Shown here: positions 44,057-54,092 of the stretch, in pieces
Numbering within the stretch: position 1 is the first letter of the stretch
Layout of the letters: each line of letters begins with the position of its first letter
Source: Longimicrobiales bacterium
GTDB taxonomy: Bacteria > Gemmatimonadota > Gemmatimonadetes > Longimicrobiales > Gaopeijiaceae
Length of the DNA: 64,000 nt
Assembly: GCA_965202985.1 (NCBI GenBank)
Contig: CBDBCF010000001.1
Location: 448,001 to 512,000 of the forward strand
Direction of reading: 5' to 3'
Translations under genes and position numbers: made by a program
Notes under the pieces: generated by a model
Told to the model about the DNA's origin: nothing
Database searches by the model: none
The model's input: only the letters and a program-made list of their open reading frames with translations

Positions 44057-45292
44057 TCACGCGCGCTCCACGCCCAGGGCCACGGCGTTGCCGCCGCCCA
44101 GGCAAAGCGTGGCCAGCCCTTTCGCTTCGTCGCGCTCCGCCATGGCCGCAAGCAGCGTGACCAGGATTCGCGCTCCCGACGCGCCGATCGGATGGCCCAG
44201 GGCCACGGCGCCGCCGTGAACGTTCACGCGGTCGAAGTCCATCTCCAACTCGCGCACGTCGGCCACCGCCTGGACGGCGAACGCCTCGTTGACCTCCGCC
44301 AGCCCGTAGTCGCCGATGGCGGTCCCTTCCCGGTCCATCAAGGTGCGCACGGCGCGGACGGGCGCGAAGAACAGGTCCCGGGGCTCGCCGCCCGCCGCCG
44401 CGTAGCCCGTGACGACCGCCAAGTACGGCAGACCGTGGGCCCGCGCGTACTCTTGGCTGGCCACCACCAGAGCCGCCGCCCCGTCGTTCAGGCCGGGCGC
44501 GTTGCCAGCGGTCACCACCAGCTCGTCCAGGCCCTCGGGGGCGTCCTTGGGGAACGCGGGATGCAACCGCCCCAGCGCCTCCAAGGAGGTGTCGCGCCGG
44601 GGACCTTCGTCCGCCTCCACGAGGACCGTGCCCCGACGGCCCTCGACGGCCACGGGCACGATCTCGGATCGGAACTTGTCCCCGTCCATGGCCGCCACGG
44701 CGCGCTGGTGGGAGCGAAGGGCGAAGGCGTCGGCGTCGGCCCGCGTCACGCCCGCCTTGGCCGCCGTGTACTCGGCGTGTCCGCCCATGTGGCACCCGTC
44801 GAACGAGCACCACAGCCCGTCGTGGACCAAGCCGTCCTGCAAGGCGCGGTCGCCGAACTTGACGCCGTCCCTCAGCCCCCGCAGGTAGTGCGGCACGTTG
44901 GACATCGACTCGAAGCCGCCGGCCACCACGAGACGCGCGTCCCCGGCGCGAACGGCCTGGGCGGCCAGCATGACGGCCTTGAGCCCGGAGCCGCAGACCT
45001 TGTTGACGGTCACGGCGGGCACGCCGGCCGGCACGCCTCCATGGACGGCAGCTTGGCGCGCCGGCGCCTGCCCCGCCCCGGCGCTCACCACGTTGCCCAA
45101 GATCACTTCGTCGATCTCGGAGCCAGGGACGCCGGCCCGATTCACCGCCTCGCGGACCGCGACGGCGCCCAGTCCAGGGCCGGAAACGGGGGCCAGCCCC
45201 CCCAGGAAGCGTCCAATCGGGGTGCGGACCCCGCTCAGGACCACGGGAGTCGTGGCCGGGTTCGCCAACGGCGGCTCCTTTGGCAACGTCAA
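44057..45292 (-). CDS. Acetyl-CoA C-acyltransferase (thiolase)
   Basis: [30 protein letters not shown]. Confidence 0.96.
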   Translation of the reverse strand: MTLPKEPPLANPATTPVVLSGVRTPIGRFLGGLAPVSGPGLGAVAVREAVNRAGVPGSEIDEVILGNVVSAGAGQAPARQAAVHGGVPAGVPAVTVNKVCGSGLKAVMLAAQAVRAGDARLVVAGGFESMSNVPHYLRGLRDGVKFGDRALQDGLVHDGLWCSFDGCHMGGHAEYTAAKAGVTRADADAFALRSHQRAVAAMDGDKFRSEIVPVAVEGRRGTVLVEADEGPRRDTSLEALGRLHPAFPKDAPEGLDELVVTAGNAPGLNDGAAALVVASQEYARAHGLPYLAVVTGYAAAGGEPRDLFFAPVRAVRTLMDREGTAIGDYGLAEVNEAFAVQAVADVRELEMDFDRVNVHGGAVALGHPIGASGARILVTLLAAMAERDEAKGLATLCLGGGNAVALGVERA

Positions 45293-45358
45293 TGGGTTGG
45301 AGAAGCGAATCGGCGCCGGCGCAAACCGGCAGGGAACGCCAAATATAGCGCCCGAGGG

Positions 45359-45916
45359 CTACCCATGGGGCCGCCAGGCCTTCACGTGCGACGGGTCGGT
45401 TCGCAGGTACGGGCCGCCGATCAGGTCAACGCAGTCGGGCACGGCGGCGAAGATCGCGTCCAGGCACTCGCCGACGGCACCGGGAGAGCCGGGCAGGTTG
45501 ACGACGAGGGCCGAGCCGCGGACGCCGGCGGTTTGCCGGGACAGCACAGCCGTGGGGACGTGGGGGCGCGACACGGCCCGCATGGCTTCGCCCATGCCGG
45601 GGAGCTCCTTCTCAAGCACGGAGGCGGTGGCTTCGGGCGTGACGTCTCGGGGCGCGGGGCCGGTGCCGCCCGTGGTGATCACCAAGCAGCAGCCGATCTG
45701 GTCCACCAACTCCAGCAAGGCGGCGCGGACGGTCTCCACGTCGTCGGGCACCAAGCGCGCCTCCGCTTGCCAGGGGCTGGTCAGCACGCGGGACAAGTAG
45801 GCCTGGACCGCGGGGCCGCCCCGGTCTTCGTACTCGCCCCGGGACGCGCGGTCGGACACCGACACGATGCCGATCCGGGCCGGTGCGCCCTCGTCGTCGG
45901 GCCGGCGCGCGGTCAC
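45359..45916 (-). CDS. mog: Molybdopterin adenylyltransferase
   Basis: VSDRAS, TTGGTG..RDVTPEA, LSRQ, NLPG. Confidence 0.92.
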   Translation of the reverse strand: MTARRPDDEGAPARIGIVSVSDRASRGEYEDRGGPAVQAYLSRVLTSPWQAEARLVPDDVETVRAALLELVDQIGCCLVITTGGTGPAPRDVTPEATASVLEKELPGMGEAMRAVSRPHVPTAVLSRQTAGVRGSALVVNLPGSPGAVGECLDAIFAAVPDCVDLIGGPYLRTDPSHVKAWRPHG

Positions 45917-46971
45917 GGCGCTTCCGCTTGGGCTTGGGACGCCAGTCGGCCCGCATACCAGCGCACCCATCGGTTGGAGGGGCCGAACAGGGCCGCCCGG
46001 TAGGCGATCGCCCGCACGTCGCGGCGCGTGATCTTGACCTCGGCGTCCAGCACGCGGGGGTTCTGCCGGCTGACGGCCAGCGTCTTGACGCCGAAGAAGA
46101 AGGGGAGCAGGCAGAACAGGCGGATCCGTGCTTGGCTGCGGGGCAAAAGCGCAAGGTACCGACGGGCGGACTCGAAGTGGCGCGAAGCCTTGGCGGACAG
46201 CGCGGCCAGCGCCGCCAGCGCCGCCTCCCGGTGGGCGGGCTCGAACAGGCGGGCCGGCTCGACACCGTCGGGCAAGAACGAACGGGGCACGAAGACCCAG
46301 CCGCGATGCCGGTCCGAGCCGAGCCCCCGGATCACGTTGACCGTCTGGAGCGCCAGTCCGAACTCTCGGCCCAGCGGCATCAGGCGGCCGCGACGGCGGC
46401 GAACGCCCCGGGAACGGAGGGCGAACAGCTCGGTGAGCAGGTGCCCCACGCGGCCGGCCACCTCGTGCATGTAGTCGTCCAGATCGGCCTCGGCGTCGAA
46501 GCGAGGACCGCGGCGAACCCAACGCGCCATGCCCAGCGTGGAGCGCCCGGCGTGGGTCGCGATCACCCGACGGGCGTCGTCGTCCAGCGCACCCAGAGCA
46601 CGCAGTATGGCCCCGGCGTGGCGGGCGGCCTCCAGGTCCGGGATCGGGTCCTGCGTCGCTTCCCCCTTCAAGCCCGCTTCCACTTGGTCCGCGCCGGCGC
46701 GCCCGTGAAGCGCCTCGTGCCAGGCGCCCAGCAGGCGGGTCTTTTCGGCCTCGGCCATGGCGCGGTTGTCCTCCAGGTAGTCGGACACGCGCAGCACCAA
46801 GTACGCCGTCCTCACCTGTTCGCGCAGCGGCGGGCGCAGCAGCTCGATGCCCAGCGAGAACGTGCGGCTGGTGGCGCGCAGGAGCCGGCCCAGATCGACG
46901 CCTTGGTCGTGGGCGGGCTCGTGGTGCGGACGGGCGGTCTCGCCGTTCCGATGGGCGGTCTCGTCGTTCAT
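45913..46971 (-). CDS. Squalene/phytoene synthase family protein
   Basis: SRTF, YLVLRVSDYLED, YMHEVAG.VG, GLALQTVNVIR. Confidence 0.85.
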   Translation of the reverse strand: MNDETAHRNGETARPHHEPAHDQGVDLGRLLRATSRTFSLGIELLRPPLREQVRTAYLVLRVSDYLEDNRAMAEAEKTRLLGAWHEALHGRAGADQVEAGLKGEATQDPIPDLEAARHAGAILRALGALDDDARRVIATHAGRSTLGMARWVRRGPRFDAEADLDDYMHEVAGRVGHLLTELFALRSRGVRRRRGRLMPLGREFGLALQTVNVIRGLGSDRHRGWVFVPRSFLPDGVEPARLFEPAHREAALAALAALSAKASRHFESARRYLALLPRSQARIRLFCLLPFFFGVKTLAVSRQNPRVLDAEVKITRRDVRAIAYRAALFGPSNRWVRWYAGRLASQAQAEAP

Positions 46972-47085
46972 GTGCGACAATATGAGGATGCGGTTACCGT
47001 TTTTCACGGTGCGCGCCCGCTTGGCCGCGCCAACCCGTCGCCTGGCCGCGCCAGTCCCCGGTCTCGCCCCAGCCCCGGTCTCCCC

Positions 47086-47586
47086 TTGTCTCCGACTTCG
47101 CCCTTGTCCCCGACATCGCCCTTGCCCAGCCCGACGACCCCCGACTCGACCTCGCCGCCACGCGCCGCTTCGCCCCCCGCACCCGCGTCGCCGGCTGCGG
47201 CCGCTTCGCCTGTCGCACCCCCTTCGCCCGCTTCGCCTGCCCCCGACGCCCCGTTGCCGGAGAGCTACCGCGGCCTGCGCGCCCTGCAGGACGAGTTTCG
47301 CCGCTACCAGGAGGCGGCATTCCCCCGGCGTCCGCCCCGGTTCTTCGCGCTGGAGCTGGCCGGCGAAGCGGGCGAGCTGGCCAACCTGGAGAAGAAGGCG
47401 TGGAAGGGGCGCTCCGTGGCCCCCGAGGCGTTCGCCGACGAGGTCGCGGACGTGTGCATCGCCCTCCTGAACTTCGCCAACAGCCGCAAAATCGACGTGG
47501 CGGCGGCGGCGCAGGCCAAGATGTCGCGCATCGACCGGCGACGCCTTGCCGAACCCGAATCCCCCTGCCCGGACGACGCCGAGTGA
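47086..47586 (+). CDS. MazG-like nucleotide pyrophosphohydrolase
   Basis: ELAGEAGELAN..KK..DEVADV; start uncertain (47086 or 47254) because of a Pro/Ser-rich leader. Confidence 0.75.
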   Translation: MSPTSPLSPTSPLPSPTTPDSTSPPRAASPPAPASPAAAASPVAPPSPASPAPDAPLPESYRGLRALQDEFRRYQEAAFPRRPPRFFALELAGEAGELANLEKKAWKGRSVAPEAFADEVADVCIALLNFANSRKIDVAAAAQAKMSRIDRRRLAEPESPCPDDAE

Positions 47587-48503
47587 GCCCGGGGCCGGAC
47601 GCTCCCGAGACGGCCCCGCCGGCCGCGACGCCTTCCCGACCTGCAACGCCTTCCCGACCTGCACCGCCCTCCGAGCCCGCGACGCCGTCCAAACCCGCGC
47701 CGCCGCCACTGGCCGACGTGCAGGCCCATCCCGACGCCCGGCAGGTGCCGATCGCCAAGGTGGGCGTGAAGAACATCCGTTTCCCCATCGCGGTGCGCGA
47801 CCGGCGGAAGGCGGCCCAGCACACGGTGGGCACCATCGACATGTCGGTGGACCTGCCGCACCACTTCAAGGGCACGCACATGAGCCGGTTCATGGAGATC
47901 CTCAACTCGCACGACGGCGAGATCTCCGTGGAGGCGCTGCCCGCCATCCTGCGGACCATGCGCGCGCGGCTGAACGCCGAGACCGCCCACCTCCGCGTGT
48001 CGTTCCCCTACTTCATGGAGAAGCGGGCGCCGGTGACCGGGGCGGCGGGGCTGCTCTCTTACGACTGCGCGTTCGAGGCCTCCGCGGGCGCGGTGGACGA
48101 CTTCGTGCTGGCGGTGTCGGTGCCCGTGACGACGCTGTGTCCGTGTTCGCGGGAGATCAGCGCGAGGGGCGCGCACAACCAGCGGGGCATGGTCGCGATC
48201 CGGGCGCGCTTCTCGGGCGAGCTCTGGATCGAGGAGATCGTGGAGCTCGTGGACGAATCGGCCTCGTGCGGACTGTTCCCCGTGCTGAAGCGGGCCGACG
48301 AGAAGTGGGTCACCGAGCGCGCCTACGACAACCCCCGATTCGTGGAGGACTTGGTGCGGGAGATCACGGTGCGGCTGCGGGCCGTGGAGCGGATCGCGTG
48401 GTTCAACGTCCACGTGGTCAACTTCGAGTCGATCCACGAGCACGACGCCTACGCCGAGGTCGAAGAGGGAGACGCGCCGGCGGCAGGGCGGGCGGGCCGG
48501 TAG
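47583..48503 (+). CDS. folE2: GTP cyclohydrolase FolE2
   Basis: DVQ, KGTHMSRF, CPCS, AHNQR, KRADE, NPRFVED, ESIH.H.A. Confidence 0.95.
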   Translation: MSPGPDAPETAPPAATPSRPATPSRPAPPSEPATPSKPAPPPLADVQAHPDARQVPIAKVGVKNIRFPIAVRDRRKAAQHTVGTIDMSVDLPHHFKGTHMSRFMEILNSHDGEISVEALPAILRTMRARLNAETAHLRVSFPYFMEKRAPVTGAAGLLSYDCAFEASAGAVDDFVLAVSVPVTTLCPCSREISARGAHNQRGMVAIRARFSGELWIEEIVELVDESASCGLFPVLKRADEKWVTERAYDNPRFVEDLVREITVRLRAVERIAWFNVHVVNFESIHEHDAYAEVEEGDAPAAGRAGR

Positions 48504-48504
48504 G

Positions 48505-49161
48505 CTACGACAGGACGACGCGCTCGCCGTCCTCGAGCTCGAGCGTCGCTTCGAGCCCCGGCGGCTCTCCGGGAACCACTTGCAGTGCGACGCCCAGGTC
48601 CGCCAAGTCGCGTCCGACGGCCTCCGGTTCGGGGTGGCGCGCGCGCAACCCGGCCAGCCGGACTCCGGCGCGGGGCAGCGTGGCGCTCGGATGCGGCGTA
48701 GCGCCCCAGTCCAGGAAGAACGGAACGACGCCGCCCCGGAGCATCGGTCTGACCGGCATCGTCAAGGTCCAGCGGACATGTTCGCCGTCCGCGTTCTGCC
48801 GGGACATCGAGCGGATCGGACCCAGCAGGTGGCCGCCCGGCCCGGCCGACAGCGCCTTCAGGTCGCCGGACCGCGAGGCCCAGGTTACCAGTCCCGGCAG
48901 CGCCGGACCCCCGTCGGCCAGCCAGAGTCCGCCGGCGGGCGGGGGCTGATCCGGGTCCGGTCCCACGACCTCCAAGTAGACGCCTTCGCCCAGACGAAGC
49001 AGGACGTTGCGCGTGCCCAGGCCCGGGTGGTTGCCGCCGGGCGCGAAGTCGACCCGCAGGCGGCGCTCCAAATCCCGCGCACCGGCCTCCACGTCCGGCA
49101 CGGCGTAGACCAAGTGATCCACCAGCGGACGCTCGTTCACGGGAGCGCGACGCCGGGTCAC
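48505..49161 (-). CDS. VOC family (glyoxalase-like) protein
   Basis: DHLV, GGNH..GTRN, YLEV, PFFLDW. Confidence 0.88.
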   Translation of the reverse strand: MTRRRAPVNERPLVDHLVYAVPDVEAGARDLERRLRVDFAPGGNHPGLGTRNVLLRLGEGVYLEVVGPDPDQPPPAGGLWLADGGPALPGLVTWASRSGDLKALSAGPGGHLLGPIRSMSRQNADGEHVRWTLTMPVRPMLRGGVVPFFLDWGATPHPSATLPRAGVRLAGLRARHPEPEAVGRDLADLGVALQVVPGEPPGLEATLELEDGERVVLS

Positions 49162-49178
49162 CGGGGTTGCCGGGGTGC

Positions 49179-49466
49179 TCAGGCGTCGGCCTTCTTGGCC
49201 TCGGCCTTCTCCTTCTCGGCCTCCTCCTTGGCGTAGCGGCGCTCGAAGCGCTCCACGCGCCCCGCGCTGTCCAGGAGTCGCTGCGTGCCCGTGTAGAACG
49301 GGTGCGACGACGAGGAGACTTCAAGGGTGATCAGCGGATATTCGTTGCCGTCCTCCCACTTGACCGTCCGCTTGGTCGGGGCGGTGGAGCGGGTCAGGAA
49401 GGCGTAGCCCGTGGAGACGTCCTGGAAGACGACGGGCCTGTACTCGGGATGGATGTCTTTCTTCAC
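49179..49466 (-). CDS. rpmE2: 50S ribosomal protein L31 type B
   Basis: [29 protein letters not shown]; no Cys. Confidence 0.95.
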   Translation of the reverse strand: MKKDIHPEYRPVVFQDVSTGYAFLTRSTAPTKRTVKWEDGNEYPLITLEVSSSSHPFYTGTQRLLDSAGRVERFERRYAKEEAEKEKAEAKKADA

Positions 49467-49671
49467 TTTGCGGCGCGCCAACGGTTCTGGGAAAGCTTCT
49501 AGGCGGACTGCAAGCTAATCCGGCGGGGCGCGGCAGGGCAAGGGCGCCGGGGGTGCCGGCGGGGCCGGCGCGGCGGGCTTGCGGGACTGGCAGTACGGGC
49601 CAGGCCGGCGGGCTGGGCGAGCGGGCTTGCCGGGGCTATCTTTGGGCGAGTCCACGACGACGGGAGAAACC

Positions 49672-49842
49672 ATGGCGAAGAAATCGGGCAAGGGGCCTCG
49701 GGTCACGATCAAGATGACTAGCACCGAGAGTCCCTATCGCTTCACGACGACCAAGAACAAGCGGAACCACCCGCAGCGGCTGGAGCTTCGGCGCTACGAC
49801 CCGGTACTCCGCCGGCACGTGGTCTTCCGGGAGGAGAAGTAA
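49672..49842 (+). CDS. rpmG: 50S ribosomal protein L33
   Basis: [23 protein letters not shown]. Confidence 0.95.
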   Translation: MAKKSGKGPRVTIKMTSTESPYRFTTTKNKRNHPQRLELRRYDPVLRRHVVFREEK

Positions 49843-49846
49843 GCCG

Positions 49847-50086
49847 ATGTCCAGAAAGTGCGACATCACGGGGAAGCGTCCCCTGACGGGCTACAACGTG
49901 TCCCACGCCCACAACAAGACCAAGAAGCGCCAGCTGCCCAACTTGCAGAAGAAGCGGATCTTCGTGGCCGAGACGGGCAAGTCGGTTCGCATCAAGGTGT
50001 CCACGTCGGCGTTGCGGTCGATCGACAAGATCGGACTGCGGGCGTTCCTTCGGAAGAACGGTCTGTCGCTCAAAGACATCACCTGA
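49847..50086 (+). CDS. rpmB: 50S ribosomal protein L28
   Basis: MSRKCDITGK..NVSHAHNKTK..PNLQ. Confidence 0.96.
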   Translation: MSRKCDITGKRPLTGYNVSHAHNKTKKRQLPNLQKKRIFVAETGKSVRIKVSTSALRSIDKIGLRAFLRKNGLSLKDIT

Positions 50087-50145
50087 CCGAAGGGGGGCGC
50101 AGCGGCCCGGCGCCGAGCGCCGCTTTGGGACTGGCCCCGGGCGGC

Positions 50146-52320
50146 ATGGCCCCGCCGGGCAAGGCCCCCGTCAGCTTGTCCCCCGTTGGCTTGTCGGTGC
50201 TGTGCGCGTTGGGCGCACTTCTCGGGACAACACCCCCGGCGCACGCCGTCGCCGGGCATCCCCAGGCGATTTCGGCAAGGGGCGCGCCGGCCGTCTCGCA
50301 GGCGGACGACTCCGCGGCCCTGGCGCTGGTGCGAAAGGCCCGGGCCCTCCGCGCCACGGCGCTGGTCGGCGGTGCGACGCCGGCTTACAAGGCCCGAGCG
50401 GAAGGCCACGTCTACTTCTACTTGGACCGGGAGGACGGCGGCGCGCCGGTTCCCATGCGCGTGGACCAAGTCGCGCTGGACCTGTTCCAGGACGAGTCCG
50501 GGCGAACGGGTCAAGTCATGCGGGGGCGGCGGCGCAAGCAGTTTCTACCGGTGCGGAACTTCGAGTACTACATCGACCGGCTGACCGCCGTGCAGAACGG
50601 CTTCGGCGACCGGATCGCAGTGGGCGAGGGAATGGACGTAAGGGACGTCCCGCACCCGCTGTCCGCCCTGGGAGAGGCGCACTACCGCTACCGCCTGGCC
50701 GGACTCGTGCAGCTTCGCGTTCCGTCGCTGCCTTCGCCGGTGCGCGTCCGCGAGGTCGAGGTGCGTCCCCGCGACCCGGCGCGGCCCGCCTTCGTGGGCA
50801 GCGTCTTCCTGGAGAGCGCCACGGGCGGTCTGGTCGGAATGGCGTTCAGCTTCACGCCGGCGTCGTACGTGGACCCGCGGGTGGACCGGGTCGCGATTCG
50901 GCTGGACCACGCCCTGTGGCGCGAGCGGTACTGGCTCCCCTACCGGCAAAGCGTGGAGGTGCGGCGCGAGATGCCCCGGCTGGACCTTCCCGTGGGCGCC
51001 GTCATACGGGCCAAGCTGGAGGTGACGGAGTACGACTTCGAGTGGGACGCCGGCGGCGCGCGCCCCGACGGCTTCTTGCCCGGGTCGCCAGTGGCTCGAA
51101 CGCCCTATGGCGCCGCCCCGGCCGGCCAGTTCAAGGTGGGCCTGACGGAGCGGATGGCCGACGAGGGGCTGGTGCCCGTAAGCCCCGCTGCGGTGCAGGC
51201 CGAGGCTCGACGCTTGGCCCGCGACGCGGCCCGAGAGCGCCTGGTGGGCGGACTGCCCCGGCTGCGCCTGCACGCGGACCGCTTCTCTTCGGTCTTACGT
51301 GCCAATCGGGTCGAAGGCGCGCACATGGGACTCGGGGCGTCGTTCGCGGCCTCGTCGTCGGTGGACGCTCGGGCGCTGGCGGGGTACGGCACCGGCAACC
51401 GCAAGGTCTCGGCCTCGGTCCGCGCCCGGTGGCGGCTTCCCGAGCGGCCCGCGACGCTGTCGGCGGAGGCGTACGCTGGACGGCTGCGCGATGTCGGTCC
51501 TCGGCCCGGGGCGTCGGGCGCCGTCAACACGCTGGCCACGCTGGCGCTGAACGAGGACTACACGGACCCCTACTTCGCGTCGGGGGGACGGCTGACCGTG
51601 GAGCGCCGGGCGCCGGAAGGACATCGGGCTTGGGCCGCTGGGTTCGCCGAACGCCATCGCGGGGCCGAACAGGTGTGGTTCGGCGGCGACGGCGTTGAGG
51701 GCGTTGCGGCCGCAGGCGACGGCGGCGGCCGGTTCAGGCCTGTGCGCCCGGTCGCGGAGGGCGTTCACGCGGGGCTGGAGGCCGGGTACGGCCGCGTGTG
51801 GGGCGGGCTGGGGCGATGGGGCGGCGGCGCAACCTTCACGGCAAGCGCGTCTTGGTGGGAAGGCGTCGCCGTCGGAAGCGTGCTGCTTCGGCTGGAGGGC
51901 CGGACGGCGGCGCAGGACCTCTCGCGCAAGGCTTCGATCTCGTTGGATGCCGGCCGCTCTTGGGGCGCCCTGCCCCCCCAGCTGCTGTTCTACGTCGGGG
52001 GCCGGGGCACGCTGCCGGGCCATCCCTTTCGAGAGTACGGCGGCCGGGCGTTCGTCTTGGCCACGGGCGAAGCGTCGCTGGTGGTGGCGCCGGGCTGGCT
52101 GGCGTTGCGGGCGCTGGTCGGCGCGGGGGCCGCGGGCGCGACGCCGGACGCGCTTCGGGAAAGCTGGGGACTTCGCCGGACCGAGGGCCTGCTGGGCTAC
52201 GTGGGAGCGGGCGTCGCCACGCTGCACGACACCGTCAGACTGGACGGCGCGTGGGGCTTCCCCGGCGGCGCCTTCGAGCTGAGCCTGTCCGCCAGCCCGT
52301 GGTTGCGACCCTACCTCTAA
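50146..52320 (+). CDS. Probable outer-membrane beta-barrel protein
   Basis: Signal peptide; C-terminal alternating beta-strand pattern with GGRGTLPG; start uncertain. Confidence 0.65.
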   Translation: MAPPGKAPVSLSPVGLSVLCALGALLGTTPPAHAVAGHPQAISARGAPAVSQADDSAALALVRKARALRATALVGGATPAYKARAEGHVYFYLDREDGGAPVPMRVDQVALDLFQDESGRTGQVMRGRRRKQFLPVRNFEYYIDRLTAVQNGFGDRIAVGEGMDVRDVPHPLSALGEAHYRYRLAGLVQLRVPSLPSPVRVREVEVRPRDPARPAFVGSVFLESATGGLVGMAFSFTPASYVDPRVDRVAIRLDHALWRERYWLPYRQSVEVRREMPRLDLPVGAVIRAKLEVTEYDFEWDAGGARPDGFLPGSPVARTPYGAAPAGQFKVGLTERMADEGLVPVSPAAVQAEARRLARDAARERLVGGLPRLRLHADRFSSVLRANRVEGAHMGLGASFAASSSVDARALAGYGTGNRKVSASVRARWRLPERPATLSAEAYAGRLRDVGPRPGASGAVNTLATLALNEDYTDPYFASGGRLTVERRAPEGHRAWAAGFAERHRGAEQVWFGGDGVEGVAAAGDGGGRFRPVRPVAEGVHAGLEAGYGRVWGGLGRWGGGATFTASASWWEGVAVGSVLLRLEGRTAAQDLSRKASISLDAGRSWGALPPQLLFYVGGRGTLPGHPFREYGGRAFVLATGEASLVVAPGWLALRALVGAGAAGATPDALRESWGLRRTEGLLGYVGAGVATLHDTVRLDGAWGFPGGAFELSLSASPWLRPYL

Positions 52321-53531
52321 GGACGAGGCGGCGCGAAGCTGCGCACCACCACCGAGGCAACGTCCATTTCGTCCAAGTGCACGGTCAACAGGTAGTCGTC
52401 GCCTGCCTCCCAGAGCGAGTGTCCCGGCATCGGCGGCAGGTGGCACATGAACTCGCCGGTCGGGGCAAAGACCATTGCGCCCGACTCTGGCCGGCCTGGA
52501 CGCGGGTACGGGAACACGAACAGGTGGCCGGCGTTGCCCACCAGCAGGTCCTCGAACGCGGGAAACAGGTCCGCCACGGGCCGCCTGGGGCTGAGCATCG
52601 GGCCGTCGACCCGGCTCGGCTCGCTTCTCCATGCATTCCGCGCGCGGTAGTCTTCTCGGAAAGCGTCGACGTCGGCGTCGGTCACCGAGCGTTCACCGGC
52701 GTCCCAGCGCACGATCGTGGTCAACCTGTACTCGGAATCCAGGACGCGAACCTCCGCCTCGTCGCCCGTGCCCATGGCGATGTGGTCGCCTCTGGCGCTG
52801 ACGCTGGCAGGACCGTCGAACACGGGGGAGACGTAGAGATCGTCCCAAGACGAATCGCGGATCTGCCCCCACCGCTGATTGGAAAGCCGGGCCAAGATGC
52901 CGACGAGCTTGCCGTCCGGGTCGTGCGCCTCCACGATCAAGGTGTCGGGCGCCTCGAACGCTCTGTCGCCAGCCCTCGTGGTCCTCGAGACGATCAACTC
53001 CCCGCTCGAAAGCACTCCGCCTCCTTGGGACGGATTGAGATAGATGGGCTCCAACTCGACGGCGCGGTTCCAGGTTCCGTCGGCGGCGAACACGTTGTAG
53101 CGCCACGGCCGGTAGTCGCCGACCCAGAGCGTGTCGCCGGGTCGAACCCATACGAACCACGCGTTCCTGAACTCGCCGGGGCCGTCGCCCAGGCGGCCGA
53201 CGGACCGAAGATGCGCGCCCGTTTCGTCGAAGATGCGCACCTCGTCCGCCGCCGTCTCGACCACGGCGACCGAACCGTCCGACAGCCGAGCCGCACCGAC
53301 CACGCGCCCGAACAGGTGGGCCGGGTCGTCCGCCTGATCGCCGACGACCAGGAGCGGCTCTTCGCCGACCGTGCACATGGCGTCCGACGCGAGCGGGTCG
53401 CTGACGACGATCCGCACTCCGGCGCTGTCCACGGCGATCTCGGGACGTGGCGGCTGTGCGCCCTCGCACGAAGCGCAAGCGACAGCAAGCAGCAGCAGGC
53501 CGAGCCTGCCAGACGCGCGAGCGGTCATCAT
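52317..53531 (-). CDS. 6-bladed beta-propeller-like lipoprotein, paralog 1
   Basis: Lipobox-like ACASC, VDSAGVRIV, GRLGDGPGEF. Confidence 0.8.
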   Translation of the reverse strand: MMTARASGRLGLLLLAVACASCEGAQPPRPEIAVDSAGVRIVVSDPLASDAMCTVGEEPLLVVGDQADDPAHLFGRVVGAARLSDGSVAVVETAADEVRIFDETGAHLRSVGRLGDGPGEFRNAWFVWVRPGDTLWVGDYRPWRYNVFAADGTWNRAVELEPIYLNPSQGGGVLSSGELIVSRTTRAGDRAFEAPDTLIVEAHDPDGKLVGILARLSNQRWGQIRDSSWDDLYVSPVFDGPASVSARGDHIAMGTGDEAEVRVLDSEYRLTTIVRWDAGERSVTDADVDAFREDYRARNAWRSEPSRVDGPMLSPRRPVADLFPAFEDLLVGNAGHLFVFPYPRPGRPESGAMVFAPTGEFMCHLPPMPGHSLWEAGDDYLLTVHLDEMDVASVVVRSFAPPRP

Positions 53532-53569
53532 GACGGCGAAGGTAGCCACGCCCCGCTCCGACTTGCAAC

Positions 53570-54043
53570 TTACGCCAAGTGCACGATCTCCAGCCCGTTC
53601 CATCGGCATTGCAGGTACTCGACCACCAGGCGCCGATGGCACTGGTCGGGCTCGTGTTCGCTGCACAGCAGGCAGTCGCCGTCCTGCAGGAACGGCTGCC
53701 CCGGCGCCGCGCCGTCCTTGGTCAGCGCGTGCTCGATCCGGCGCTCGCGCATGAGGGCGTCGAAGCGGGGCTCGTATTCGGCCCAGTCGATCTTGTTCTT
53801 CCGGTAGTCCGACAGCAGCTCGGGCGTCGGAGCCAAGACCGGCATGTGGACGTAGCCGACGCCGCAGATCGCGTCCAGGAAGTAGGCCAAGTCGGCCTTC
53901 TTGGCGAAGCCCGCCAGCTGCGAACCGGGCTTGATCCGCACGTCCACGACGCGGCGCAGCCCGGACTTCTTGGCCGTGGCGACGAGTTCGCCGAAGAACC
54001 GCTGCGCCGGCTTCTTGGTGAATCCGATGGTGAAGAGCTTCAT
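53570..54043 (-). CDS. DUF488 family protein
   Basis: FTIGF, VDVR..SQLAGFAK, CLLCSE..CHRRLV. Confidence 0.88.
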   Translation of the reverse strand: MKLFTIGFTKKPAQRFFGELVATAKKSGLRRVVDVRIKPGSQLAGFAKKADLAYFLDAICGVGYVHMPVLAPTPELLSDYRKNKIDWAEYEPRFDALMRERRIEHALTKDGAAPGQPFLQDGDCLLCSEHEPDQCHRRLVVEYLQCRWNGLEIVHLA

Positions 54044-54092
54044 TGGGGATGGGGCCTCTGCAGAAGGGGAATTGATGGAGCGGACATGGGGG

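Noticed and set aside
49520..49640. G-rich tract as G-quadruplex or ribosomal leader RNA
   Set aside because: Expected by chance at this GC content; no recognisable conserved structure
47583..50086. Zur-regulated zinc-sparing cluster (folE2, Cys-free L31B and L33)
   Set aside because: No recognisable Zur box in 49467-49671, and these may simply be the only copies in this lineage
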